NCBI GenBank assembly: GCA_046090125.1
Contig: JBJSZF010000520.1
Span: 1 to 43,890 of the forward strand
Direction of reading: 5' to 3'
Length of the DNA stretch: 43,890 nucleotides
Origin: Verrucomicrobiota bacterium
GTDB taxonomy: Bacteria; Verrucomicrobiota; Verrucomicrobiia; Limisphaerales; UBA9464
Under the pieces are notes generated by a model that did no database searches, had not been told where the DNA came from, and saw only the letters and a list, made by a program, of their open reading frames with translations. Shown here piece by piece: positions 34,720 to 43,066 of the stretch. How positions within the stretch are numbered: position 1 is the first letter of the stretch; each line of letters begins with the position of its first letter. A program made the translations under genes and the position numbers.

Positions 34720-36000
34720 ATGCAGAAGCGTTTCGCAGCCCTCTTCCCCCACGTCGTCGCCGCGTTGCTCGCGTCGGCGGCCTCGGTTCAAGCCGTCGCC
34801 GACGAGCCCAAGAACCACGACCATGACGTGGTGCGGGAGGAATCGAAGGTGCCGCCCTATCACTTGCCCCCCTTGCTGGTGACGTCCGAGGGCACGCCCG
34901 TGACAACCGCCGCGCAATGGATGAACCAGCGACGCCCGCAGATCATGGGGTTGTTCGCCAACCTCGTGTACGGGGTCGTGCCCGAGCCGTCGTCGCCGCT
35001 GCGAGTCACCCGCGACGTGGTGCGCGTGGACGGGGCGTTCATGGGCGGCCAGGCCACGCGCAAGGACGTGCGGATCCGGTTCGAGAACGCACGCGGATCG
35101 GCCGAGATGCTCGTGCTGGTGTGGACGCCGAACGACCGGGTCAACCCGGCGCGGCCCGCGCCCATGTTCCTGTTGCTCAGCTTTGGCAACACCCGTGACG
35201 ACGGGCACGACGCGGACCCCTCCAGGCCGGGCCAGCTTCGCAACGGCATCCCCCTGGGCCTGTTGCTCGAGCGGGGTTTTGGCTTCGTCGTCGTGCACCA
35301 GGGCGACCTCGTCCGGCACAATGAGGTGGAGTTCCAGAGGGGCATCCACCCGCTCTTTTACCGCGAGGGCCAAAGCTTCCCCAAGGCCAACGAGTGGGGC
35401 GTGATCGGGGCCGTCGCATGGGGCGGGTCGCGGACGTTGGACTACCTGGAGACAGACCCCGACGTGGACGCTTCCCGCGTGGTGGTGATGGGGCACTCGA
35501 AGATGGGCAAGGCGGCGTTGTGGACGGCGGCGCAGGACACGCGGTTTGCGATGGCGGTGGCGGCGCAGTCGGGGTGCGCGGGCGCCGCGCTGTGGAAGCG
35601 GCAGTTCGGCGAGACCCTGGAAAAGATGGTGACGCGCTTCCCGTATTGGCTTTGTCGCAACGCCCGGGCGTTCGCGCGGAACGAGGACGACCTCCCCGTG
35701 GACCAGCACATGCTCATCGCGTGCATCGCCCCCCGTCCGGTGTACGTGGCCAGCGGCAGCGAGGACCTGTGGGCGGACCCGCGCGGCGAATACCTCGGGG
35801 CCTACCATGCGGGCCCGGCGTATCGCCTGCTCGGGAAGGATCCGTTGCCGTCCGAGGCGTCGCCGCCGGTGGGCACGGCCATCCTCCAGTCCCACGTGGG
35901 CTACCACAACCGCGCGGGCGGCCACTCGGTGGAACGGGAGGATTGGCGACACTTCATCGACTTCGCCACCCGCCACCTCCGCGTCGAAAAGGGGCCGTAG
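34720..36000 (+). CDS. Carbohydrate esterase family 15 (glucuronoyl esterase)-like
   Basis: Signal peptide MQKRFAALFPHVVAALLASAASVQA. Nucleophile motif VVMGHSKMGKAALW, SGCAGAALWKR, PRPVYVASGSEDLWADP, GYHNRAGGHS. The layout matches bacterial CE15 as I remember it. Confidence 0.75.
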   Translation: MQKRFAALFPHVVAALLASAASVQAVADEPKNHDHDVVREESKVPPYHLPPLLVTSEGTPVTTAAQWMNQRRPQIMGLFANLVYGVVPEPSSPLRVTRDVVRVDGAFMGGQATRKDVRIRFENARGSAEMLVLVWTPNDRVNPARPAPMFLLLSFGNTRDDGHDADPSRPGQLRNGIPLGLLLERGFGFVVVHQGDLVRHNEVEFQRGIHPLFYREGQSFPKANEWGVIGAVAWGGSRTLDYLETDPDVDASRVVVMGHSKMGKAALWTAAQDTRFAMAVAAQSGCAGAALWKRQFGETLEKMVTRFPYWLCRNARAFARNEDDLPVDQHMLIACIAPRPVYVASGSEDLWADPRGEYLGAYHAGPAYRLLGKDPLPSEASPPVGTAILQSHVGYHNRAGGHSVEREDWRHFIDFATRHLRVEKGP

Positions 36001-36087
36001 CCCTGGCGGTCACGCCCAGGAGTTGGCAAGGCCGTCTCGGACGTGTCTGCCGTCCTCGCCGCCGCGCAAGCCATCCGCACGCCCAAT

Positions 36088-36578
36088 TCATGGATAACCC
36101 CGATGTGGCTGGATGCGGCCCTCGATGCCGGGGCTCACGGGCGAAGCGCCATCCCTCATGGGACGTGAACGGCCCGGAATCCTGGGTCTGCCGGAACGCT
36201 TCCAGTAGCCGGGATGGCGGGCGTGCCGCTGGCGGACGCGCTCGGCGTTGGCGGAGCCCTTGCAGGAGTCGGCGTTGGCGAGTTGGCTGAGCCGCTGGGT
36301 CGTGCTGTGACGCTGGCAGGCCTGCCGGCAATCGGGCTTCGCGCACAAGGACCGCCGGCCGCGATGACGCGGATCGGGATGGAAGAGCCCGTTGCCATGG
36401 AGGCCCTTGGAGGGGGTGGAGACGCCGGCCCCAGGCGAGAAGAAGACGCCTTGGCTACCGGGAAGGGCAGGCCGGAAGCCGGGGATGCGGGGGCAGGGAA
36501 GAAGACGGGAAGAAGGAAGAAGGGCAGGCACCTGGGTCGGAAGAAGACGCCGCCAAGACCCCGCCGCCATACCGACAT
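36088..36578 (-). pseudogene. Probable frameshifted remnant of a small secreted Cys-rich protein gene
   Basis: The ATG at 36578 opens a signal-peptide-like frame (MSVWRRGLGGVFFRPRCLPFFLLPVFFPAPASPASGLPFPVAK...). From about 36450 downstream a different frame carries the high-GC3 coding signal (GVFFSPGAGVSTPSKGLHGNGLFHPDPRHRGRRSLCAKPDCRQACQRH...SCKGSANAERV...). The complementary plus-strand frame is W/R-rich with stops. No family recognised. Confidence 0.3.
36439..36549. repeat. Three exact copies of the 10-mer GAAGAAGACG in a purine-rich tract
   Basis: Copies at 36439-36448, 36498-36507 and 36540-36549 (spacings 59 and 42 nt). On the minus strand each encodes Val-Phe-Phe. Confidence 0.6.
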
Positions 36579-36609
36579 TTCAGATCGGCGGAATCAACCC
36601 AATTAGGAA

Positions 36610-37064
36610 GTGGCACTGACCATGAACTTCACGGCGCGGGAAGCGCGGCGGCCCGCCAGTGGGTCAAGCCCCTTGCTCCGACAGGTGAGGGAAGACCGGA
36701 CTCCGGCGGTGATCGCTGAGTTGAGGAAGCTTCTGCCCACCCTGACCGAGGTGCAGGCCAAGAAGGTCCGCACCACGGTGGAGTACCAAACAAACAATCT
36801 CCATTGCATGAAGTACGCGGAGGGGGAGCGGCGCCATGAGCCGGTGGATCCGGCGCGATCGGGTCGACGTGCCGGCAGCTCCCGTGCCGGATGAGGCGGT
36901 GCGGCCAGTTCCGGACCCAGCCCGGGAACGAGGCCTTGCTGACGCTCGGCACCTAGTGGAGGAACGGATACTGGGAGAAGCTTTTCCCGCACGCCGAACG
37001 GACCAGCGTCCCAGGAAATGGATCCTTTGCGCCCAGCCTTCTGACAGAACTCCGCGGGGAGTGA
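36610..37064 (+). mobile_element. Degenerate IS transposase gene fragment (C-terminal ~150 codons; frameshift plus in-frame stop), ISKra4-like by motif
   Basis: Frame 1 reads ...TEVQAKKVRTTVEYQTNNLHCMKYAEGERRHEP. It continues after a 1-nt shift near 36845 as (V)GSGAIGSTCRQLPCRMRRCGQFRTQPGNEALLTLGT-TAG(36954)-WRNGYWEKLFPH. This Y-x-NN-x-x-M-x-Y ... GSGxxESxCRQ ... R-x-K/R-x-x-G-x-x-W ... W-x-N pattern is the conserved C-terminus of ISKra4-type DDE transposases as I recall them. No N-terminal half and no terminal inverted repeats were found. The region is visibly more A/T-rich than its flanks. Confidence 0.6.
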
Positions 37065-37149
37065 GATGCGCCCCCGCAAAATGCCGCGAGCGGTTCCTTG
37101 ACGGACACGAATTGAATTGGGGAGCCTGTTCCCAGTCATTTCCCACGTC

Positions 37150-38454
37150 ATGAGCACATCACACGAGAATCCCACCCGTCGCGACTTCATCCGGTCCGGC
37201 TCCGCCGTCGCGGCGGTCGCCATGGCCGCCCCCGCCATCATCGTCCGCGAGTCCGCCTTCGCGCAGAACGCCGACACCCTGAAGATCGGGTTGGTGGGCT
37301 GCGGCGGCCGCGGCAGCGGCGCGGCGGGCAACGCGCTGACGGCGGATGCCAACCTCGTCCTGTGGGCCGTGGGCGACGCCTTCCCCGAGCCCGTCAAGGG
37401 ATCGGTCAAGGGCCTCAAGGAACAGTTCGGGGCGCGCGTCCAGGTCGCCGAGGACCGCCAGTTCGTCGGGCTCGACGCCTTCAAGAAGGTCATCGACTCC
37501 GGCGTGGACATCGTCCTGCTGGCGTCGCCTCCCGGCTTCCGCCCGGAGCACCTCCGCTACGCCGTCGAGAAGGGGAAGCACATCTTCTGCGAGAAGCCGA
37601 TGGCCACGGACGCCCCGGGTGTGCGCCACGTGATGGAGTCGGTCCGCATGTCGAAGGACAAGAAGCTGTGCCTCGTGGCCGGCTACTGCTGGCGCTACGA
37701 CCTGCCGCGCCAGGCCTTCTACCAGCAAATCCACGACGGCGCGCTGGGCGAGGTGGGCGCGGTGTACGGCACGTACCTCACCGGCCCCGTGAAGCCCATG
37801 CCCCCCGCCAACTCCCGTCCGGCGGGCATGAACGACCTCGAGTGGCAGCTCCGCAACTGGATGAACTTCACCTGGCTTTCCGGCGACGGCCTCGTCGAGC
37901 AATGCATCCACACGGTGGACAAGGTCCTCTGGGCGTTCCGCGACGAGGCCCCGGTCAAGTGCGTCGCCAACGGCGGCCGCGTCCATCCCAACGGCGAGGG
38001 CAACATCTTCGACCACGTCACCGTGGTCTATGAGTGGGCCAACGGCGCCCGCGGCATCGTGGCCCAGCGCCAGATCGCCGGCTGCTACTCCGACAACAGC
38101 GACTACGTCATCGGCTCCGCCGGCAAGGGCTGGTCCGGCTGGAACAGCCCGTACATCAAGTCCGGCAGCGAGATCAAGTGGCGCTACAAGGGCGACAAGC
38201 CGGACATGTACGTGGTCGAGCACCAGGTCCTCTACAAGGCCATCCGCGAGGGCCGCGTCCACAACGACGGCGACCGCATGGCCCGGTCCACCATGGCGGG
38301 CATCATGGGCCGCATGGCGGGCTACACCGGCCTCGAGGTCACGTGGGAGCAGGCGTTGAACTCCGGCAAGAAGCTCGTCCCGGACACCGTCTCCTGGGAC
38401 ATGTCCCTCCCCATCGAGCCGTTGGCCCAGCCCGGCAAGACCAAGACCGTCTAG
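37150..38454 (+). CDS. TAT-exported Gfo/Idh/MocA-family NAD(P)-dependent oxidoreductase
   Basis: ATG at 37150 gives MSTSHENPTRRDFIRSGSAVAAVAMAAPAII (twin-arginine signal). Rossmann motif KIGLVGCGGRGSGAAGNAL. EKPMATD motif. The track start at 37117 is a TTG. Confidence 0.9.
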   Translation: MSTSHENPTRRDFIRSGSAVAAVAMAAPAIIVRESAFAQNADTLKIGLVGCGGRGSGAAGNALTADANLVLWAVGDAFPEPVKGSVKGLKEQFGARVQVAEDRQFVGLDAFKKVIDSGVDIVLLASPPGFRPEHLRYAVEKGKHIFCEKPMATDAPGVRHVMESVRMSKDKKLCLVAGYCWRYDLPRQAFYQQIHDGALGEVGAVYGTYLTGPVKPMPPANSRPAGMNDLEWQLRNWMNFTWLSGDGLVEQCIHTVDKVLWAFRDEAPVKCVANGGRVHPNGEGNIFDHVTVVYEWANGARGIVAQRQIAGCYSDNSDYVIGSAGKGWSGWNSPYIKSGSEIKWRYKGDKPDMYVVEHQVLYKAIREGRVHNDGDRMARSTMAGIMGRMAGYTGLEVTWEQALNSGKKLVPDTVSWDMSLPIEPLAQPGKTKTV

Positions 38455-38515
38455 GTCGTCGCATCCAGGCCCTTCACGCCCCTCGCGCCCTTCACGCCGT
38501 CCAAGAACCCCCCGC

Positions 38516-39400
38516 ATGAATCGTCGATCCTTCCTCAAGGCAGGCACGGCCTCCCTCGTGATGGCCGGCCCGCTCGCCACGTTGCAGGCCGCGCCCACCA
38601 GTCGGCGCATCCGCAAGGGCATCATGTGGGGCACCGTGGGCGTGAAGGGCTCCGTGATGGAGAAGATGCAGGCCATCAAGGAGGCTGGGTTCGAGGGCGT
38701 GGAGCCCATGGGCGGCATGAACCAGGACGAGGTCGTGAAGGCCTTGGAAGCCACCGGCATGAAGGCCGGGTCCGTGTGTTGCCACACCCATTGGGCCAAG
38801 CCCCTCTCGGATCCCAACCCGGCCGTCCGCGAGGCCGGCCTCGAGGGCCTCCGCATCTCCCTGCGGGACGCCAAGCGCTACGGCGCGCCCGCCGTGCTCC
38901 TCGTCCCCGCCGTGGTCAACTCCCAGATCACATACGCCGACGCCTACCGTCGTTCCCAGGAGCAGATCAAGAAGGTCGTCCCCCTCGCCGAGGATCTCGG
39001 CGTCCGCATCGCCATCGAGAACGTCTGGAACAACTTCCTCCTCAGCCCGCTCGAGGCCGCCCGCTACGTGGACGAGCTGCAATCCCCCAGCGTCGGCTGG
39101 CACCTCGATTGCGGGAACATCATCCACTACGGCTGGGCGCAGCACTGGGTCCAGGCCCTCGGCAAGCGCATCGCCACGCTGCACATCAAGGAATACTCCC
39201 GCAGCAAGGCCGACAAGCAGGGCAAGTGGGCCGGGTTCGACGCCGAGTTCCTCAAGGGCGACAACGAATGGCCCGCCATCATGAAGGCCCTCGATGACAT
39301 CGGCTACGACGGCTGGGGCATCGCCGAGCAACCCGGAGCCGGCTCCCCCGAGGGCCTCCAGAAGCTCAGCAAGGAGATGGACCAGATCTTCGCCCTCTAG
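38516..39400 (+). CDS. TAT-exported sugar phosphate isomerase/epimerase (xylose isomerase-like TIM barrel) family protein
   Basis: MNRRSFLKAGTASLVMAGPLATLQA (twin-arginine signal). ...AIKEAGFEGVEP...AKRYGAPAVLLVP...RIAIENVWNNFL...GWHLDCGN...HIKEYS is typical of the AP endonuclease 2 / xylose isomerase-like TIM family. Confidence 0.9.
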   Translation: MNRRSFLKAGTASLVMAGPLATLQAAPTSRRIRKGIMWGTVGVKGSVMEKMQAIKEAGFEGVEPMGGMNQDEVVKALEATGMKAGSVCCHTHWAKPLSDPNPAVREAGLEGLRISLRDAKRYGAPAVLLVPAVVNSQITYADAYRRSQEQIKKVVPLAEDLGVRIAIENVWNNFLLSPLEAARYVDELQSPSVGWHLDCGNIIHYGWAQHWVQALGKRIATLHIKEYSRSKADKQGKWAGFDAEFLKGDNEWPAIMKALDDIGYDGWGIAEQPGAGSPEGLQKLSKEMDQIFAL

Positions 39401-39499
39401 CCTTCGCACGGCCCAGCCGCCGCCCTGCCTTCACCACCGGGGCCGCTCCGGCCCCGCTAGCCCAAGGCGTCCCCGATCCAAGCCTGACCTCGCCTCGCC

Positions 39500-39808
39500 A
39501 TGTCTCGCCCCTTCTACGCCTCCGAAATCATCGAGTCCTCCAAGGCCGACTCGGGCGACGTCGAGGTGGTGGCCACCATCGACGCCCAGCACGACCCCGC
39601 CGACGGGCGGCTCCATGCCCGCCTCGACGCCTTCGTCCGGCAGGTGCACATGGACGGACCCGACGCCATCACGCGACCGGAGTGGCTGCCCAAGCCCCAG
39701 GAAGCCATCGAGGGCGTGGACCCTGCCGAGGCCACGGACCTCGCCCGGGAGCTATTCCATCGTTGGGTCGGCAAGGTCCGCGCGGCCCTCGCCCAACGTC
39801 AGGGGTGA
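39500..39808 (+). CDS. Hypothetical small acidic protein (102 aa)
   Basis: ATG verified. Strong G/C third-position bias throughout (gac, gcc, atc, ctc codons). No family recognised. Convergent with the WYL regulator, 23 nt between stops. Confidence 0.6.
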   Translation: MSRPFYASEIIESSKADSGDVEVVATIDAQHDPADGRLHARLDAFVRQVHMDGPDAITRPEWLPKPQEAIEGVDPAEATDLARELFHRWVGKVRAALAQRQG

Positions 39809-39831
39809 CAAGGCCGGGGGCCGTCTGCCGC

Positions 39832-40866
39832 CTAGCGGTACCCCTCGCCCATGCGTTGGATGGCGTCCTGCATCCGGGCGACGAGCTCCGGGGGGGCCGC
39901 GACGCGTGCGTCCGGGCCCCAGCCGAGGATCCAGCGTTGCACCTCCACGAGGCTTCCCAAATGCAGGCGCAACTCGACGCCGCCGTCGGGCAGGTCCACG
40001 AGGGATTGGGAAGGATGCCACCGCTTCTCGCGAATGTAGCCGGCGACGGCCGGGGTGAAGCGGACGACCACGTCGAAGTCCCCCTCGCGCGAGAAGATGC
40101 CGAAGCTGTCGCCCAGGTAGCGGTCGATGTCGAAGTCGGCGGGGCGCTCGAATGAACGGCCGGTGGTCTCGGAGCCGACGACGCGGGTTCCTGCGAAGGT
40201 TCGGATGCCGCCGCGGTCGGTGTCGTGGGCGAAGAGGTACCATTCGCCATTGACGTTGGCGACGTGGAGGGGATGGACGACGCGCGGTGCGGCCTGCTTG
40301 GAGCCGGGCTTGCGGTAGAGGATGCGGAGTTCCTCGCGCTCGGCGGCAGCCTGGGCGAGGGCGCCGATCAGGGGCACGTCCTCCATCGGCTCCGTGCTGC
40401 TGCGGAACGAGATGGTCTGGTCCCAGTCGCGCAGGTTGAGGGAGACGGTGTCGGGGAGGCTGCGCTCGAGCTTGCGCAGGGCGGCAAGGAGGGGTTTCTC
40501 GAACGGGGTGCCGCGGTGCTGGTGCAGGGCCTTCTCTGCCACCAGCAACGCCACTAGCTCGCCCTCGCTGATCTGCATCGTCGGGAAGGCATCGACGGGC
40601 GCCGTGTAGTGAAAGCCGAACCGCGACGGGTGGTACTCGATGGGCAGGCCGAGCCGGTCGCGCATGAACTCGATGTCGCGCAGGACGGTCTTCTGGCTGA
40701 CCTCGAGTTCCTCGGCGAGGGACCGGGCGTTGGGGAAGCGTCCGGCGGCGAACAACCCATGGAGCCGCATCATGCGCTCGAGGGGCGGCCGCGATTGGGG
40801 CAGGGCATCCGCAGCCCGGCGGCGTTGGGCTGGGGCCTTGCGTCGTTGCTTCCTCGGGGCAGGCAT
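39832..40866 (-). CDS. WYL-domain transcriptional regulator (HTH - WYL - WCX architecture)
   Basis: ATG verified at 40866 (MPAPRKQRRK...). DeoR/HTH_11-like RSLAEELEVSQKTVLRDIEFMRDRLGLPIEY. WYL domain LRILYRKPGS...VHPLHVANVNGEWYLFAHDTDRGGIRTFAGTRV. C-terminal extension ...VVRFTPAVAGYIREKRWHPSQ...VEVQRWILGWGPDARVAAPPEL. Confidence 0.85.
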   Translation of the reverse strand: MPAPRKQRRKAPAQRRRAADALPQSRPPLERMMRLHGLFAAGRFPNARSLAEELEVSQKTVLRDIEFMRDRLGLPIEYHPSRFGFHYTAPVDAFPTMQISEGELVALLVAEKALHQHRGTPFEKPLLAALRKLERSLPDTVSLNLRDWDQTISFRSSTEPMEDVPLIGALAQAAAEREELRILYRKPGSKQAAPRVVHPLHVANVNGEWYLFAHDTDRGGIRTFAGTRVVGSETTGRSFERPADFDIDRYLGDSFGIFSREGDFDVVVRFTPAVAGYIREKRWHPSQSLVDLPDGGVELRLHLGSLVEVQRWILGWGPDARVAAPPELVARMQDAIQRMGEGYR

Positions 40867-40880
40867 GGGGAGGGAGGGGA

Positions 40881-41411
40881 TCAGCGCCGGAAGTAGGCGA
40901 GCGTGGTGAACACGGCGACGGCGAAGCCATAGGAGCAAAGGCCGACGCCGATGCCGAAGCTGATGACATGGAGGGGGCCGAGGACGACCAAGGCGAGGCC
41001 GAGCACGCCCGTGAGCAGGGCCTCGCCCCAATGGCATCCCAGGAAGAGGAGCCGGGGGGTGGCGTGCATCCAGCCCCCGAACCAGTCCCGGTAGGCGTCC
41101 TCGCCCATCATGCGCATGAGCCAGACGGTGTGGAGGTTGCGCGCTGCGACCATGGCGCTGGTCGTGGCCAGGGAGACGGCAATCATGGGCCAGCAGGCGG
41201 CGAGGGGCACCACGAGGACGTTGAGGAGGATACCCTTCCGCCACCCGAGCCACCGGGCGAAGGGATTGCCCTCGTTGCGCAGGCCGGGGGTTCCAATCCA
41301 CGTGGAGAACATGTCGGCCGTGCGGCCCATGCCCACGGCGAGGAGGCTCCACCACCACGCGACGTCGCCCGGCCTCACCCAATCCTCCAATGCCGGCATC
41401 GACGCGGCCAT
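40881..41411 (-). CDS. Polytopic membrane protein (about 5 TM helices), DUF5658-like motif
   Basis: ORF track 176 aa, ATG verified. Hydrophobic segments. ADMFSTWIGTPGLRNEGNPFARWLG resembles the D..T...G..E.NP motif of DUF5658-type proteins (from memory, unverified). 14 nt upstream of the WYL gene and 12 nt downstream of hisI. Confidence 0.7.
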   Translation of the reverse strand: MAASMPALEDWVRPGDVAWWWSLLAVGMGRTADMFSTWIGTPGLRNEGNPFARWLGWRKGILLNVLVVPLAACWPMIAVSLATTSAMVAARNLHTVWLMRMMGEDAYRDWFGGWMHATPRLLFLGCHWGEALLTGVLGLALVVLGPLHVISFGIGVGLCSYGFAVAVFTTLAYFRR

Positions 41412-41423
41412 GGCTTCAGTCCC

Positions 41424-41813
41424 TCACTGGGGCGGCTTGCCGTACATGGCCTCGGGGGTGACGAGCCGCGGCTCCGTCTCGGCCCACGCGACATCCTGCA
41501 AGGAACGGAAGAAGCAGGAGCGAAAGCCCTCGTGGCAGGCGGGCCCTACGGGCTCCACCTGGATGAGCAAGGTGTCGCCGTCGCAGTCGAGGGCGACGTC
41601 CTTGACCACCTGCACGTGGCCGCTGCTTTCGCCCTTCATCCAGAACTTGCGGCGGGAGCGGCTCCAGAACCACGTGCGGCGGGTCTCGAGGGTCTTTTCG
41701 AGCGAGGCCTGGTTCATCCACGCCATCATCAGGACGCGGCCGTCGCGGCAGTCCTGGACGATGGCCGGGACGAGGCCGTCTTCGTTCCACTTCACCTTGT
41801 CGAGGTAGCTCAT
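41424..41813 (-). CDS. hisI: Phosphoribosyl-AMP cyclohydrolase
   Basis: ATG verified at 41813 gives [96 protein letters not shown]. Confidence 0.9.
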   Translation of the reverse strand: MSYLDKVKWNEDGLVPAIVQDCRDGRVLMMAWMNQASLEKTLETRRTWFWSRSRRKFWMKGESSGHVQVVKDVALDCDGDTLLIQVEPVGPACHEGFRSCFFRSLQDVAWAETEPRLVTPEAMYGKPPQ

Positions 41814-41847
41814 GCGGGGGGGGCGGTCGCGCGCGGGGCAACCGGGC

Positions 41848-42201
41848 CTATCGCGCGCGTCCGGGCAGCAGCGTGAACAGGACGGCGGCCAAGATGCAAC
41901 CGAAGGCCGCGAGATGGTTCCACTGGGGGCGGACGCCGAAGTAGAAGAGGGCAAAGCCGATGAAGACGAGGAGGGTGATGACCTCCTGGAGGATCTTGAG
42001 CTGGTAGGGCTCGTAGGTGGCGCTGCCCCAGCGGTTCGCGGGCACCATGAGGCAGTACTCGAGGAAGGCGATGCCCCAGCTCACGAGGATGGCCCTCCAC
42101 AGGGGCGCGCCCTTGTCCTTGAGGTGGCCGTACCAGGCGTAGGTCATGAAGACGTTGCTCACGGCGAGCATGACGATGGGCAACCAGGCGTTGCGATTCA
42201 T
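41848..42201 (-). CDS. DMT-superfamily small membrane protein (DUF486 family)
   Basis: 117 aa, ATG verified. [18 protein letters not shown]...[18 protein letters not shown]...[14 protein letters not shown] matches the DUF486 pattern. Confidence 0.8.
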   Translation of the reverse strand: MNRNAWLPIVMLAVSNVFMTYAWYGHLKDKGAPLWRAILVSWGIAFLEYCLMVPANRWGSATYEPYQLKILQEVITLLVFIGFALFYFGVRPQWNHLAAFGCILAAVLFTLLPGRAR

Positions 42202-42225
42202 GCCGGGGCTCCTGGTTGCGGGGCG

Positions 42226-43002
42226 TCAGGACAGGCGGACGGGCAACCCCCGGGACGCGAGGTATTCCTTGGCCTGCCGGACGGTGTAGGTGCCGAAGTG
42301 GAAGATGCTGGCGGCCAGCACGGCGTCGGCCTTGCCTTGCTCCAGCACGTCGGCCATGTGCGCCAGCGTGCCCGCCCCGCCGCTGGCCACCACGGGCACG
42401 CCCACGGCCTCGCTCACGCGGCGCGTCACCTCGATGTCGTAGCCCTCGCGCGTGCCGTCGGCATCGATGGAGTTGAGCACGATCTCGCCCGCGCCCAGGG
42501 CCACGGCCTCGCGCGCCCATGCGACGGCATCCTTGCCCGTGGGGCGCCGGCCGCCCGCCACGAACACCTCCCATTGTTCCGGGCCGGTGCGCTTGCAGTC
42601 GATGGAGACGACGATGCACTGGCTGCCGTACTTCTCGGCCCCCGCGCGCACGAGGCCCGGGTCCGCGATCGCCGACGAGTTGTTGCTCACCTTGTCGGCG
42701 CCTGCCCGGAGCATGACGCCCATGTCGGCGACGGTGCGGATGCCGCCGCCCACGGTCAGGGGCATGAAGCAACGGTCGGCCGCGCGCTCGATGACCTCCA
42801 CCATGGATGCCCTGCCGTGGGCCGTGGCGGTGATGTCGAAGAAGACCATCTCGTCGGCGCCCTGGTCGTTGTAGCGCAGGGCGAGCTCGACGGGGTCGCC
42901 GACGTTGCGCAGGCCGCCTTCCTCGGCGCGGCCGAACTGGAGCCCTCGGGTGACGTGTCCGTCATGGACGTCCAGGCAGGGGATGATGCGACGTGCGAGC
43001 AC
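42226..43002 (-). CDS. hisF: Imidazole glycerol phosphate synthase, cyclase subunit
   Basis: GTG verified in frame at 43002 gives [23 protein letters not shown]...[12 protein letters not shown]...PLTVGGGIR...[11 protein letters not shown]...IVVSIDCKR...[20 protein letters not shown]...[10 protein letters not shown]...AASIFHFG. The track start (GTG 43275) adds 91 low-complexity residues. Confidence 0.9.
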   Translation of the reverse strand: MLARRIIPCLDVHDGHVTRGLQFGRAEEGGLRNVGDPVELALRYNDQGADEMVFFDITATAHGRASMVEVIERAADRCFMPLTVGGGIRTVADMGVMLRAGADKVSNNSSAIADPGLVRAGAEKYGSQCIVVSIDCKRTGPEQWEVFVAGGRRPTGKDAVAWAREAVALGAGEIVLNSIDADGTREGYDIEVTRRVSEAVGVPVVASGGAGTLAHMADVLEQGKADAVLAASIFHFGTYTVRQAKEYLASRGLPVRLS

Positions 43003-43066
43003 GGGGGACGAATGGGGTTGGAATGCGGCGCGGGCGCGGGGGGGGCGGAGGCTGGAGCGTTGGCGG

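Noticed and set aside
36436-36553. Repeated GAAGAAGACG units considered as a possible mini CRISPR-like or binding-site array.
   Set aside because: Only three 10-nt copies with unequal spacing (59 and 42 nt) inside a purine-rich tract. There is no repeat-spacer architecture and there are no cas genes. They are better explained as coding repeats (Val-Phe-Phe) of a decayed minus-strand gene.
39439-39455. ggggccg-ctc-cggcccc hairpin after the TIM-barrel gene, considered as an intrinsic terminator.
   Set aside because: A 7-bp GC stem with no downstream U-tract. It is plausible in a high-GC organism but not supportable from sequence alone, so it is mentioned only within a finding.
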